A program made the position numbers and the translations under genes. A stretch of DNA of 64,000 bases from an uncultured Planctomycetaceae bacterium (lineage in GTDB: Bacteria > Planctomycetota > Planctomycetia > Isosphaerales > Isosphaeraceae): the NCBI GenBank assembly GCA_963833985.1, contig CAWIAD010000002.1, forward strand, positions 4,000,001 through 4,064,000. The letters are read 5' to 3'. How positions within the stretch are numbered: position 1 is the stretch's first letter; every line of letters begins with the position of its first letter. This document shows, piece by piece, positions 42,072 to 55,597 of the stretch. The notes beneath the pieces were generated by a model. That model had not been told where the DNA came from. It searched no databases and saw only the letters and a program-made list of their open reading frames with translations.

Positions 42072-44993
42072 TCACCAGCTCTGCTCCGCGGTCTCGCTGG
42101 ACCAGGAGCCCGAAGCGGAAGCGGCGTCAGGGTTTTCGGCCACCGGCTCCGGGGCCGCCGCCGGGGCGGAGGCCGCGTCGAGGGCTCGCGACGCGGGCGT
42201 CATGGCCTCCGCGGCCAGGGCGCCGGCCGCGCCGATGGCCGCCCCGGCAAGGACCTCAGGCATGGCAATGGCCGGAGCCATGGCGCGCCTCTGATCCGCC
42301 TCGAACTGCATCTGCCGCCACTGGGCCTGCTGCATCGCCACGACGTGCTCCTGACGCGCCTGCTGGACGGCGGCACCCGCGCTGCGAATGGCCTGCTCGT
42401 AATCCTGCGAACGGTATGCCGCCTCGGCCTGGGCAAGCTGGCTCTCGGCCGGCCGCCTGTTCATCATCCCGCCCGTTGCGAAGGAACCGCCCCGCTGGCG
42501 GATCATGCGTGCGGCTTCCTCGATCTCGGCCTCGGCCTGCCGGGCGAGCCGGACGTCCTCGCGGGCCAGGCGTTCGGCCTGCGCAAGGTCGGCCTCGGCA
42601 CCCTTGACCAGTTCCAGCAGCCGGGTCCACTCGGCACCCGTGCTGGTGCTCTCCTGTTCCACCTGCGAGAGTGCGTTCTCGGCGGACTGGTAGCGCTGGT
42701 TGGCCGCCAGCCGATCTTCTTCGTGTCCGGCCAGGAAGGCGCGCACCCTGCTGGCGTCCTGGCGGACGCGATCGAACGTCGAGGCCAGCTCACGGTAGAC
42801 CCGCTGGTCGGTCTCGGCCTGGCTGCGGGCAATGGCGTAATCCTGGAGCACCCGGGAGAGTGCCTGGCGAACTTCGAGCCAGTCGGGGGCGGCCTGGTTC
42901 ATGACTGCCTCCAGCTCGCGCCTGGAGTTTTCCGCCGTGGTGAGCGAGCTTCCCGCAATGGTGCCGATTGCCTGGGCGTTCTGGCTGAAGTAGCGGCTGG
43001 TCGCGTGCGCCTGGTCATCGAGGCTGCGGGCGTCGCTGCGGCACTGCTCCCGGATCGTCTTGAGTGCCGCAAGCTGCTCGGCCACACCGCTGAAAAGCTG
43101 GAAGACTGCCTGCTGCTCCCGGACGAGCTGGCCGGCGAGCCGTGATCCATTGAGATACTCCTGCGCCGCGGAGGCCTGTGCCACCTCATCGGCCTTGCTG
43201 TCGAAGGTTTGCAGCAACGCGCGGGCCTGGGCAAGGTGGCCGGAGACGTTCTGCCAGGAAGAGGGGGCGAAATCGCGTTTCAGCTCGTTCTCGAAGGCCT
43301 GGTACTGTGCCAGCGATTCGCGCAGGCGCTGGGTTTCGCGGACGCGCTCCGGCTGCCCCTGCTCACACAGATCCCGTGCCTTGAGCACGCCCTCGAGGGT
43401 CTCCTGCGACTGCTTCAAAAGGGCCTGGGCGGCCTGCAATCGCTCCAGTGCGGCCGGCGCGTCGCCCTGGTGAATCGCCGAGCGCAGGTCCTCCAGTTCC
43501 TGGTAGGTCTGGCTGATCGGCGGGTCGGGGTTGCCACCCTCCTCATCGAGCCGCAGACCGCTCCTGCGCACCTCCGCCACTTGCTGGCCGAGGGCCGAGA
43601 GCGCCTCGGAAAGCTTGCGGCCGTCGGCGTACCGTTCCAGGATCTGGTGCACGCGATCGCGCAGGGCCACGGCGCGCTCATGGGCCGCCTCGAGCGTCTG
43701 CCGCGCACCGACCGGGTCGGGAGTGAGGACCTCTGCCGCATGGGCCGCCTGCGTGGCGATGGCGTCCGCTTCGGGCGTGTAGGGCGTGCAGGGCAGCCCC
43801 TCCTTCTCCACATCATTGATCCGGCCCTGGACCTCTTGCCGGCGGCTCGCCAGCACCTCGGCCGCGGAACGCGCCTGCGCATGAGCACTGTTCAGCGCGT
43901 CGATGGCGCCGGTGCACCGCTTCGCCTCGGCGTCGATCTGTTCGAAGGCCTTCGAGTCGCTCACCAGTTTTTCGGCCTCCTTGAGCTTCTGAGTTCCCAG
44001 GGCCGAATCCTTCCGGGCCAGCTCCTGGGCCTTGTCCAGCGCGTCCATGACTTCCAGCCAGCGATCCCAGAGCGTGGTGAGGCTGGTCTCGATCTGCTGG
44101 TACATGGCCAGGGTGGCTCCGCTCATCGGCTCCTTGAACTCGGGATTCTCCACGCGCAGGTTCTTGAGCCGGTTCTTGAGGGCGTCGAGCCGATCCATGA
44201 CGTCGACGGCCTTCTGTTTGAAGTCCTTGATCTTCGCTTCCACCGAGCTGCGGGTGCGGTGCCGGGCAAGCCAGATCAGGCCAGCGACGATCAGGCCCAC
44301 CGCCAGCAATGATGCCAGGAGCGCCGGCAGCACCTGGCTTTGCAGGGTGCTCCGGGTGCTGGCGGCCGCAGTGGCCGGGACGCTGCTTCGGGGGGCCGGC
44401 CTGGCTGTCCCGGCGGGAACCAAGGGGAGGCCAGGAGCGGTCGCAGCCGTAGCGGTGCCGGGCCGGGCGACATCCTCCTCGATTGCGCTCAAGAGCGAGG
44501 TGATGGCCTGAGCATAGCTTCCTTGCCGGGCCAGCGGGATGAAGTTCTTGCTGATGAGAGCGTCCAGGACGTCCTTGCCCAGCCCGGCACGTGTGTTCAG
44601 GTCCAACCCGGGGTGCAGGGCCACCTTGTGATCGTTCACGGCCACAACCGTGATCACCGACTGCCGGTAATCGAGCTTGAGTCCCTTGTCGCTCGCTTCG
44701 CGGGACCACCGGGCGGCCAGCTCATCCACGTAGCGGGTTGCCGCGTCCTTCGCGGTGCCGACTCGGTCCACGAGCACCACGAAGTAGGAGCGAGGCGACC
44801 CTCGCTCCAGTCGCTTGATCGTTTCCTCGACGGATTGATACGACCCGGGCACGTCCACGACGTAGACCCGGTCTCCGGTGTACATCGGAAACGGCGCCTT
44901 CTCCTGTGCCGCGGCCTGGCAGGCCCAGCCCGCAAGCAGAGCGAGTTGTACGCACAGGCTCAAGGCGAGGGAGGGACGCGGATGGAATCGCAT
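42072..44993 (-). CDS. Membrane protein: signal peptide, TPM-like periplasmic domain, single TM, roughly 650-aa helical/coiled-coil region
   Basis: VITVVAVNDHKV...FIPLARQGSYAQAI TPM-like segment, TM LLASLLAVGLIVAGLIWL, long Ala/Gln/Glu-rich heptads. Confidence 0.8.
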   Translation of the reverse strand: MRFHPRPSLALSLCVQLALLAGWACQAAAQEKAPFPMYTGDRVYVVDVPGSYQSVEETIKRLERGSPRSYFVVLVDRVGTAKDAATRYVDELAARWSREASDKGLKLDYRQSVITVVAVNDHKVALHPGLDLNTRAGLGKDVLDALISKNFIPLARQGSYAQAITSLLSAIEEDVARPGTATAATAPGLPLVPAGTARPAPRSSVPATAAASTRSTLQSQVLPALLASLLAVGLIVAGLIWLARHRTRSSVEAKIKDFKQKAVDVMDRLDALKNRLKNLRVENPEFKEPMSGATLAMYQQIETSLTTLWDRWLEVMDALDKAQELARKDSALGTQKLKEAEKLVSDSKAFEQIDAEAKRCTGAIDALNSAHAQARSAAEVLASRRQEVQGRINDVEKEGLPCTPYTPEADAIATQAAHAAEVLTPDPVGARQTLEAAHERAVALRDRVHQILERYADGRKLSEALSALGQQVAEVRRSGLRLDEEGGNPDPPISQTYQELEDLRSAIHQGDAPAALERLQAAQALLKQSQETLEGVLKARDLCEQGQPERVRETQRLRESLAQYQAFENELKRDFAPSSWQNVSGHLAQARALLQTFDSKADEVAQASAAQEYLNGSRLAGQLVREQQAVFQLFSGVAEQLAALKTIREQCRSDARSLDDQAHATSRYFSQNAQAIGTIAGSSLTTAENSRRELEAVMNQAAPDWLEVRQALSRVLQDYAIARSQAETDQRVYRELASTFDRVRQDASRVRAFLAGHEEDRLAANQRYQSAENALSQVEQESTSTGAEWTRLLELVKGAEADLAQAERLAREDVRLARQAEAEIEEAARMIRQRGGSFATGGMMNRRPAESQLAQAEAAYRSQDYEQAIRSAGAAVQQARQEHVVAMQQAQWRQMQFEADQRRAMAPAIAMPEVLAGAAIGAAGALAAEAMTPASRALDAASAPAAAPEPVAENPDAASASGSWSSETAEQSW

Positions 44994-45364
44994 GATCTCG
45001 GCTTTCTTTCGCAACTTCAACCGGTGCGGACACCGCCAGTGGTTTCGCCGCTCCATCCCATTTCTTGAGGGGAATGGCATCGAACTCCGGCGCCCGATGA
45101 TAGCTGGGACTCGTTGCTGTTGTCATCGGTCCCGTGGATGCAAAATCGGGGCCCCGTGGTGGCGGCCCAGCCGGGCCGGGAAGCTGGAAACCCTGGCGCC
45201 GCGTCCCGACGCGTGCAGGCTGGGCGGCACTCCGAATGGCTTGATCACGGACAAGGCCCCCAGGAAGGCGGCGATCTCGACGCGATCCTCCAGCGCATGC
45301 AGAAAGGGCACCTCACCCAGCCGTGGAACGTCGAGCCGAGCTTCGAGCTGCGGAGGAATAATCG

Positions 45365-46738
45365 ATGACGCAGTGCGAATGTCCTGCACAAAGGTCGTTT
45401 CTGAACGCTGGGCCCTTGTCGGAGCCGAACACGGTGAATCACTACGGCACGACCATCTGGACGCTCGCGGCGTCGGTCCTGGTGACGGTGTTCGTGGGCG
45501 GTGCGATCTGGCTGGGCTTCAACAAGTTCGCGGTTTTCGGCGTGGCCGGGGCGGTTTTCGGCCTGAGTGCCGTGATCGCAACCCGATCGCGTCCGGGCGA
45601 CCAGACCGGGGAGCTGCGCGACCTTGCCCGGACGCTGGGACTGGCTTTCGAGCCGGGTGAGGCCGAGGGGGAACCGAAGTTCAGCCCCGCGGTCTCCGTG
45701 CTCGGGCGCTGGGTTTCCGCCGCGAACCGCCTGAGCGGCACCTTGGACGGCGTGAGCGGGACGATGATCGACCTCACGACAATCCAGGGAACCGGAGACA
45801 GCGAGACGCGACGCCAATGGACGGCCATCCGGTTCGAGCCTGGCGGATTGCCGGCTTTCGTGTGCGTTCCCAGATCACTGGACACGCTGGCCGAGCGGGT
45901 CACTCTCGCCACGATCCACTTCGACGCCCGCGGCGAGGACGAGCTCACCCGCCAGACCGTCGCCGATTTCCGCAAGTTCTACGTGCTTGGCCTGAGGGAA
46001 ACGGCGGGCGTCGCCGACGAGGAAGCAGCCCGGCGCCTCTTCGTCGCGCCTCGGCTGGAGGTGCTGGTGGAGCACCCCGGCTGGCGCATCGAGTCGGCCC
46101 GTGGATCGCTGGTCCTCGCGCACCCGGGGATCGTGCCGGCTGCTGATCGAGCCAGCCTGTGGAAGCAAGCCGCGCGGATTCGCCGCGCCCTCACGGCACC
46201 GGTCTCCCGATCCGTGAGTCCCATTCCCGCGGCGCCCGGGATGGACATCGGCCGCCAGCGCAGCCGACGCGCCGGGAGTCAAGCCGGTGGTGTGATTGGT
46301 CTGGTGTGCGGGTTCTTCGGCTCCTTCATCGCGTTCGCCGCATTGAGTGCCAGCCGTTTGGGGCCCGCGGGCCACGGTCCGGCCAACCCCTCGCCAGCCG
46401 CGTTCATGCCATGGTTTTTCGTCGTCGTGATCGGTGCGTCGATAACCTGCGTTCTTGTGGGTTCATGGCTCGGCAGGCGCGTGGCGGACCTGCGTTACCG
46501 TCCGGATCACGCCGGCCTCTCCAGGCGTAAGGTCTCCAAGGTCTGGGTTGCCGCCGGAGCATTCCTGGGCTGGATGTTGGGCTTCGTTGCGGGCATGGGG
46601 CTGATGATGCTCATCACACCACAGCGGCTTCCCCCGTGGGTGGCACCTGTCGCGTTCTTCTCACCGCCCGTGATCGGGCTGGTGCTGGGCGGGTTCGCCG
46701 GTGGTGCCTACGGTCTGAAGAGAGCGGCTGGCGCGTGA
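45365..46738 (+). CDS. Hypothetical multi-pass membrane protein
   Basis: Two N-terminal and four C-terminal hydrophobic segments around a soluble domain. Confidence 0.7.
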   Translation: MTQCECPAQRSFLNAGPLSEPNTVNHYGTTIWTLAASVLVTVFVGGAIWLGFNKFAVFGVAGAVFGLSAVIATRSRPGDQTGELRDLARTLGLAFEPGEAEGEPKFSPAVSVLGRWVSAANRLSGTLDGVSGTMIDLTTIQGTGDSETRRQWTAIRFEPGGLPAFVCVPRSLDTLAERVTLATIHFDARGEDELTRQTVADFRKFYVLGLRETAGVADEEAARRLFVAPRLEVLVEHPGWRIESARGSLVLAHPGIVPAADRASLWKQAARIRRALTAPVSRSVSPIPAAPGMDIGRQRSRRAGSQAGGVIGLVCGFFGSFIAFAALSASRLGPAGHGPANPSPAAFMPWFFVVVIGASITCVLVGSWLGRRVADLRYRPDHAGLSRRKVSKVWVAAGAFLGWMLGFVAGMGLMMLITPQRLPPWVAPVAFFSPPVIGLVLGGFAGGAYGLKRAAGA

Positions 46739-46771
46739 GCGAGCAACCCGGGAAGGTCCGTATTGGCGGGT

Positions 46772-48870
46772 CTAGTGTGAGATCGGTCTCCCGGCGGCAG
46801 GACGGGCCGCCTGCGAGTCGGGGGATGTCTTGAGGCGCAAGATCGTCAGCGAGTGCGCTGGGAAGCTGTGGCGGAATGACGCCGACACGCCGGCGACCGC
46901 TTCCTGCTTCGGGGCGACCTTGCGCGGCTCGTCGAGCGTATTGACGTCTTTGGGATCGCCGGCGAGAACGAGTGCGGTCCCGGCCGGCTCGACGCGGCCC
47001 GCACCGTGCAGAGTGACGTTCGTGGCTACCGCAGTGCTTCCGGCGTTGACGAACTTGACGATCAGGGTGCGATCGGACCTGTCATAGGTGGCCGTGGCGA
47101 AGACGGTGGAGGGGGTGTCGCTGGCCGGCACCACTTTCGGCACCTCCAGTCTGGTGGGGAGGACGACGTCGCCCTTGTTCTGGGCCAGCATGACCTGGGC
47201 GTGGTAGCTCGGCGAGCCGAAACTGCGCAGGGCGTCATAGCCGATGAGGTTCGTCCCCCATTGCCAGGCCTTCGGGTATTGCCTGGCCGGGTCCGCGGGG
47301 TTCACATTGACAAAGAGAGGCGCGTAGCACTCCATCACCACCGCGTCGGAGTTCTTCTCCAGGCCCATCACGAAGGCGGCGTCGGCCAGAGCGGCGTTGT
47401 GGGTGGGCGTGGGCCGGCCCTCCTGCGTCGCCCACTCGCCGACGAACGTCTGGATCGTTGCGTCGCGCTGCCGCCCGTTCCAGCCTCCGCCCGCGAAGGC
47501 CAGGGCCGGCGCCGCGCCGGTGGGCGGGTCGTACATGGTGGCCATCCGCATGAGCTGACGCGCGTCACGGTAGAAGTGATCGTCGTAGAGGTCGGGCTTG
47601 AAGCTCTTCACCGGCGCGGTCGCGATGATCTTGAGCTGGGGGTAGCGCTCGCGGATCGCCCGGGCCATCTGAGCGAACCGACCGTCGTAGCTACCCGACC
47701 GATCGAACCAGTCCTCGTTGCCAACCTCGACGTAGCGCAGGGGGAAGGGCTCGGGGAACCCGTCCGCCGCCCGCTTCCCGCCCCACACGCTGTCGGCCGG
47801 GCCGCTGACGTACTCGATCTCCTCGAGGGCCTCCATCGTGTACACCGCCATCTCCGGGCTGCCGGCCTTGAAGTGGTCGCCGTTCAGAACGTAGCCGGCG
47901 AAGAGGGCCAGCACCGGCTCGGCTCCAAGCTGCTTGCACCAGAGCAGGTATTCCGGCAGGCCGAAGCCGTCGGAGGATCGGTATCCCCAGCATCCCATGT
48001 GGCCCGGCCTCTGCTCGGCCGGGCCGATCATCTGCTTCCAGTTGAACCGGTCGGCGAACCGGCTGCCTTCCGCGTAGTTGCCGCCAGGCAGTCGGATGAA
48101 CTTCGGCCTCATCTCGGCCAGCAGTCTCATGAGGTCCGGGCGCAGGCCGTTCGGGGTGTCCTGGTAGGTCGGCGGGAACAGCGACACCAGGCTGAAGGAA
48201 ACGCTGCCCGTGCCGCGCGCCGAGACGACGAATCGCGCCTTCGCCGTGGTCGGTGCGCCGTGCGCCGTCCTGAGCGTGACCGTGTACCTGTCCCACGCCG
48301 CGGTGACGGGCGCCGTTTCGCCTTCGGCGACAACGACGTCCCCCTCGTCGGTCCTGAGCGACGCCATCAGCGGGCCGGCGAAACCGCCGCCCCCCCGGGC
48401 GAAAAAGCTCGCGATGTAGGCCGTGTCCGGCCGCACCGGGATGCCCCAGTAACCGTCGTTCGCAACGCCTGACTCCCCCCCGGCGAGGTCGAGCCTGAGG
48501 CTGATTGGCAGGGCGGCGTTCACGGGGTCGGCGGTGTCGACGGTCACCTTGCCGGCGCCCACGATCGACCAGTGGAGCGGCATGGCGCCCTGCGCGGGCC
48601 CGGGCCTCCACCTGGTGGACGCGGGAGCGGGTCCTGGAACGTGCGGTTCTGGATCAGCTCGGCGAACAGGCCGCCGTCATAGCTGTGGTTGATCTCTTCG
48701 GTCATGAGGCCGAAGAAGCCCGCCGGAATGGTCGCGCCAGGCTTGTTGACCTCCACGTCGAGCGTGGCCGGTCCCTCGGCGCGTGCCGCCGTCGCGGCCA
48801 CGCCCGCGCATGCCGCGACGATGGCAATCCACCGGGCCCGGTTCAAACGGGATCCGCCTGCTCCTGGCAT
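46772..48870 (-). CDS. Alpha-L-arabinofuranosidase, GH51 (frameshift near 48600)
   Basis: GLMTEEINHSYDGGLFAELIQNRTF, RLPGGN, VEVGNED, FVGEWA, YAPLFVN, FPAHSLTILRL. Confidence 0.9.
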
Positions 48871-48954
48871 GAGTCGTACTCCACAGTGGCTGTTCGAGTC
48901 CCGATTGAAAGCCGTATCAATACCGTTTCATTTCCGGGTCCCGGTGGCGGCAGG

Positions 48955-50421
48955 TCAGCCAGACTTTACGCTCGTGACCTTGTGGTCCGGAGTCAGTTGC
49001 CACGGGTCGCGGCGCGGCCTGGAGAGCATCTGGTTGGCCTCCGCGTCGTCGAACCGGTGGGCCACGGGATCCCACTTCAGCTTCTTGCCGGTGCGCAGCG
49101 CGATCACGCCGATGTGGCAAACGAGCACCGAGCCGCCGCCGACCGTGGCATTGCAAATCGGCTGCCTGCGGCTCTTGACGCAATCGACGAAGTTCTGCAT
49201 CTGGTTGGTCGGCCGTCCTTCGTAGACCATCGGGTCGTCCTTGAGCGGCTCCGCGAGGATCCTGGCGTCGCTGGCCAGGAGCGAACCCCGGCTGACGAAG
49301 ATCGTACCGCTTTCTCCCAGGATCAGCACGCCATTATCGTTGGGGCCAATCGTCATTTCCGTGCCATTGCGGCGCTTGGGCGGCTTGCCATCCTTGTCGA
49401 CGAGCTTGCCGGGGCTGGAGCCACCGCCGCTCATGGCGATGACCTTGGCGCCATTGTCGTAGGTGTACTGGACCTGGAAGGTCGGGTGGCAGTTGTAGCC
49501 GTCGCCGCCCTTGTAGGGTGCGGCCGCCTTGAGCACCTCCACCGCGACCGGGCCGCTGCCGTCCTTGTTCAGGGCCCACTGCGCGATGTCCAGATGGTGT
49601 GCGCCCCAGTCGGTCATCTTGCCGCCCGAGTATTCGTACCACCAGCGGAACTCGTAGAAGCAGTTCGAGAACCTGCCCTTGTGGCGATAGGGCACGTGCG
49701 CGGTGGGGCCAAGCCAGAAGTCCCAGTCCAGGCCTTCGGGGACCGGCGCTTCGGGAATCGGGCCGCTCGTCGGGTTGCCGTCGATACGGCATTCGATGGT
49801 CTTGACCTTGCCGATGCGGCCGGCGCGGACGAGCTCAACCGCCAGGCGGAACATGCCGCGGTAATCGGTTCGCTGCTGGCTGCCGGTTTGCAAGATCCGT
49901 CCGGTGTCCTTGACGACTTTCTGAACCGCCAGGGACTCGGCGACGGTGAGCGTGAGCGGCTTCTCGCAGTAAACGTCCTTGCCAGCCCGCAGCGCCTCGA
50001 TGGTCACCTGGGCATGCCAGTGGTCGGGCGTGGCGATGAGCAGGCAATCGAGCGACTTGTTGTTGATGAGTTCGCGGAAGTCCTTGGTGCTGGCCGCGAA
50101 CTCCTTGAAACCTCTCTGGTGCATCGCCTCCGTGGCCCGTTTGCGATGCGCGGCAGCCACGTCGCAGCCGAGGGTGAAGGTCAACTGGCCCGATTTCACC
50201 GGGGGGCGAGATTCACCCACGACCTGCAAGCTGCGGCTCTGGGGGCTGCCAATGCCGACGATGCCCATGGTCAGGCGATCGTTGGCGGACGTCTTCCGGG
50301 CCGCACCCTCCTCCTGTGCGGCCAGGAGCTGACGCGCGTACCAGTCCGGCAGCCCCGCGGCGGTCAGCGCTCCCAGCGAGCGCTGCATGAAACCACGTCT
50401 GGTCAAATTCCCCTTTTCCAC
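48955..50421 (-). CDS. Gfo/Idh/MocA oxidoreductase with Tat signal
   Basis: [28 protein letters not shown]. Confidence 0.92.
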   Translation of the reverse strand: MEKGNLTRRGFMQRSLGALTAAGLPDWYARQLLAAQEEGAARKTSANDRLTMGIVGIGSPQSRSLQVVGESRPPVKSGQLTFTLGCDVAAAHRKRATEAMHQRGFKEFAASTKDFRELINNKSLDCLLIATPDHWHAQVTIEALRAGKDVYCEKPLTLTVAESLAVQKVVKDTGRILQTGSQQRTDYRGMFRLAVELVRAGRIGKVKTIECRIDGNPTSGPIPEAPVPEGLDWDFWLGPTAHVPYRHKGRFSNCFYEFRWWYEYSGGKMTDWGAHHLDIAQWALNKDGSGPVAVEVLKAAAPYKGGDGYNCHPTFQVQYTYDNGAKVIAMSGGGSSPGKLVDKDGKPPKRRNGTEMTIGPNDNGVLILGESGTIFVSRGSLLASDARILAEPLKDDPMVYEGRPTNQMQNFVDCVKSRRQPICNATVGGGSVLVCHIGVIALRTGKKLKWDPVAHRFDDAEANQMLSRPRRDPWQLTPDHKVTSVKSG

Positions 50422-50482
50422 GTATGCACCTCTCTTTACTAGATGGATCTCGGCGGAAGACGTGCTGCACGAAAAACGAGGC

Positions 50483-52630
<2,148 letters not shown>

Positions 52631-52679
52631 TCACATTTGTTTGCTCGCCTTGCGGCCCCCGAGGGTTCACCGCGACGGC

Positions 52680-53900
52680 TCACGGCCTGGCCAGAGCACT
52701 CAGTATGGCCCCGAGGGCGGGCTTGGGCTGGAGTGCCCGGTCCCAGAGCAGCGCGTGATTGGTACGGTTCGGCACCGGAAAGGAGTTCAGCCAGGACAAC
52801 CCGTCATGCACGCCCCAGAAGGTGATGCGCGTCACGGTTCCCGGATGCTCCAGGGCAATCTGGAAGATCCTGCGGTAGAAGCGGGCCTGGGCCTCGGCCA
52901 CTTCCGGCGGGAGGACGCGCGGATAGGGATTAGCGCCGGCCGCCTCTCGGGCGGCGATGTCCGCGCCGCGTCCGCGCCGCGGCAGGACGTCCACGTCCAG
53001 TTCGGTGATCACGACCTTGACACCTTGGGCAGCATAGGCTTCGATCGACTGCTCGAGCCGATCGAGTGCGCTGGCATCCTCGAGCCGCAGGTGGCATTGC
53101 ATCCCGACCGCGTCGAGGCGCACGCCCGCGGCCTTGAGCTCGCGGATGAGGCGGATCGTCTTCTCACGCTTCACGGGTTGCTCATTATTGTAGTCGTTGT
53201 AATACAGCTCGGCGTTGGGGTCGGCCGCATGGGCGAACTCGAACGCCTTGATGATGAAGTCGTCGCCGATCGCCCGCCGCGCCGGCGTGTCGCGCAGGTA
53301 TTGCTCTGGCGCGTCGCTGATCGCTTCGTTGACCACATCCCAGCCGATCACTTTCCCCTTGAAGTGGCCCACGACAGCGTCGATGTGTCCCTTGAGGTTC
53401 CGCAACGCCTCCTCGCGCGGCAGCGGCTTGCCGTCGGTACCCCGGTATAACCAGCCAGGCGACTGGCTGTGCCAGCAGAGGGTGTGCCCGACCACCTTCA
53501 TCTGGTGCTGCCGGGCGAACTCGACGATCCTGTCCGCCCCGGCGAAGTTGAACCTGTCCGGCTGCGGGTGGATGCTCGCGGGCTTGAACTCGTTCTCACC
53601 GGTGAGGCAGTCGAACTGCTGCGCGATCAGCGCCCCCAGCTTCGGGTCTTCGAGCCGCCGGGACATGACGGCGGTTCCGATCAGGAATCGGCCATCCGCC
53701 GCATGTCGCAGCGTCTCGCCCGGAGCCGCGCTCGTGGGCGGTTGACTTGCCACGCTCGGCGCTGCGCCGGCCGGTGCCTGCGGAGGCGCCTTGGTCTGGG
53801 CGAGCACTTCGGACCAGCCACCCGGTAACGCGAAGGCCGAGAAAAGCGCAAACGTCGAGAACGCCAACCAACGAGAGCGTGAGCGGTTCACGGCTGTCAC
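52680..53900 (-). CDS. Endo-1,4-beta-xylanase, GH10
   Basis: ENEFK, GHTLCWHSQ, WDVVNE, YYNDYN, GMQCH, ITELD. Confidence 0.93.
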   Translation of the reverse strand: MTAVNRSRSRWLAFSTFALFSAFALPGGWSEVLAQTKAPPQAPAGAAPSVASQPPTSAAPGETLRHAADGRFLIGTAVMSRRLEDPKLGALIAQQFDCLTGENEFKPASIHPQPDRFNFAGADRIVEFARQHQMKVVGHTLCWHSQSPGWLYRGTDGKPLPREEALRNLKGHIDAVVGHFKGKVIGWDVVNEAISDAPEQYLRDTPARRAIGDDFIIKAFEFAHAADPNAELYYNDYNNEQPVKREKTIRLIRELKAAGVRLDAVGMQCHLRLEDASALDRLEQSIEAYAAQGVKVVITELDVDVLPRRGRGADIAAREAAGANPYPRVLPPEVAEAQARFYRRIFQIALEHPGTVTRITFWGVHDGLSWLNSFPVPNRTNHALLWDRALQPKPALGAILSALARP

Positions 53901-54311
53901 CTCGCCTGCACTGAGACTTGATGGTCAGAGGATCGAAACATGTCCGGATCGGTAGCCGTCGCGTCGCACTCGCGAATGACTTCCAGGGACTTCCGCCCCG
54001 CACCTGAGGGACTGTCCACGGATCGTCTCGGCTATGCCTAGCCTTACTTGCGACAAATCGGCCGGAGCTGGCCCGAGTAACCCGCCGGCAGAGTTCGCGA
54101 CTCTCTCCAGGCCTGGGGTGATCAAGGGCGCCGGCCGGCGGCTTGCCGACCGCTGCCGCCTGCCTGGCACTGGAATGGCATCGGGCGGCGTGCAGGCCGC
54201 GGCTCCCGGCGCATCACCCGAATGGGTGCCGATCTGAGCGACGGAATGTGTGCTGGGACTGCGATCGGGCATCGTGAATCCGTGCTCCGTCGGCATCGCA
54301 CTGGAAGGGTC

Positions 54312-54410
54312 AGGTAATCGCTTACCTCACGTAGTTTAGCTTGACCCTACCCGGAGTCAACGACATAATGCCGGAAGTTTTGTGCCCATCGGTGAGAGGC
54401 AATCGTTTGC
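54312..54410. promoter_or_regulatory. Overlapping divergent sigma70-type promoters with two LacI-type operators
   Basis: + strand TTGACC(54341)-17 bp-CATAAT(54364); - strand TTGACT(54360)-16 bp-TAAACT; palindromes AGGTAATCGCTTACCT (54312-54327) and GCAATCGTTTGC (54399-54410). Confidence 0.7.
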
Positions 54411-54432
54411 GTAAGCGGCAGGATGGCGCTCA

Positions 54433-55515
54433 ATGACTGCCCCGCGTCGCAGAGCAGGGGACCCCGTGCGAAGCCCACCCACCCTCTCCGACGTCGCCAA
54501 GCTGTGCGGGGTGACCCCCGCGACGGTGAGCCGCGTCCTGAACAAGAAGAAGGCGTTCTCCGCGAGCCCGGCGGTGCGGCGAAAGATTCACGACGCGGCC
54601 GAGAAGCTCGGTTACATGCCGGACCTGGCGGCGCGGAGCCTGAACCGGCGGACGACGCGGATCATCGGCCTCTTCGCCTCCCCCGCGACCCCCGTCGCCG
54701 AGGGGGTTTACGTGCAGCTCATCGAGGGTGCGCTGGAGGTACTGCACGCGAGCGATTACGACGTCTTCTTCGACCTCAGCGCCAGCCGGAAGCACACCGT
54801 GCCGTTCTGGCGGTTCGATGGGGCCTTGCTGCTCCAGAGCCCCCGGCCGGGGATGGTCGCGGAGCTGGACCGCAGGCGCGTACCCTACGTATGCGTGAAC
54901 GAGAAGGTGGGCGAGCCGGTGGTGCAGGTGCTGGCGGACGACGCGCTGGGGACCCGCCGGGCTGTCGAGCTGCTGGCCCACCTGGGGCATCGCCGCATCG
55001 CCTACGCCAACGCGCAGGCGACGCACCTGGCCCACTACTCGATCGGCGAGCGCCATGAGACCCTGGCAAGCGTCGCCGAGGAGATCGGCATGGAGCTCGT
55101 CGGCGGGCACGAACAGCCCTTCGCCGACGGTATCGGGTTCCTGCGCGATGCCGTGCTCGGCCAGCGCGCAACGGCCGTGATCGCCTACGACCACGAGATC
55201 GCGGTGCGGCTCGTCGGCGCGTCCGCGGCGCTCGAGCTGGGGATCCCGCAGGACTTCAGCCTGATCGGCTTCAACGATGTCTTCCCGGTCTCCCTGCTGC
55301 CGACACCCCTCACGGTCGTGAGCGTGCCGGGCCGGGAGATGGGCCGGCTCAGCGCCTCGCAATTGCTCAGCAGCCTGGCGGCGCACCAGCCGGCAGCCAC
55401 AAGAGAGATTCGCGTGCCGGAAGACCTGGTCACGCGCCGTTCCACGGCCCCTCCACCGCCCGAGCTGGTTCGTCGCGGCAGAAAGAAAGCCTCCGGGCTG
55501 GAGCCGGCGCAATAG
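54433..55515 (+). CDS. LacI family transcriptional regulator
   Basis: TLSDVAKLCGVTPATVSRVLN HTH, LGYMPDLAARSL, LGHRRIA, IPQDFSLIGFND. Confidence 0.95.
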   Translation: MTAPRRRAGDPVRSPPTLSDVAKLCGVTPATVSRVLNKKKAFSASPAVRRKIHDAAEKLGYMPDLAARSLNRRTTRIIGLFASPATPVAEGVYVQLIEGALEVLHASDYDVFFDLSASRKHTVPFWRFDGALLLQSPRPGMVAELDRRRVPYVCVNEKVGEPVVQVLADDALGTRRAVELLAHLGHRRIAYANAQATHLAHYSIGERHETLASVAEEIGMELVGGHEQPFADGIGFLRDAVLGQRATAVIAYDHEIAVRLVGASAALELGIPQDFSLIGFNDVFPVSLLPTPLTVVSVPGREMGRLSASQLLSSLAAHQPAATREIRVPEDLVTRRSTAPPPPELVRRGRKKASGLEPAQ

Positions 55516-55597
55516 AGCACTCGCGCGTGGCTGAGCACGCGGCATGAACCGTCACCGAGGTCCCAGTTGAAGGCCGTAGCAGGGGAGAGACGCTCGC

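Noticed and set aside
53925..54296. 123-aa ORF upstream of the xylanase
   Set aside because: Low-complexity translation without motifs; more plausibly leader or intergenic DNA.
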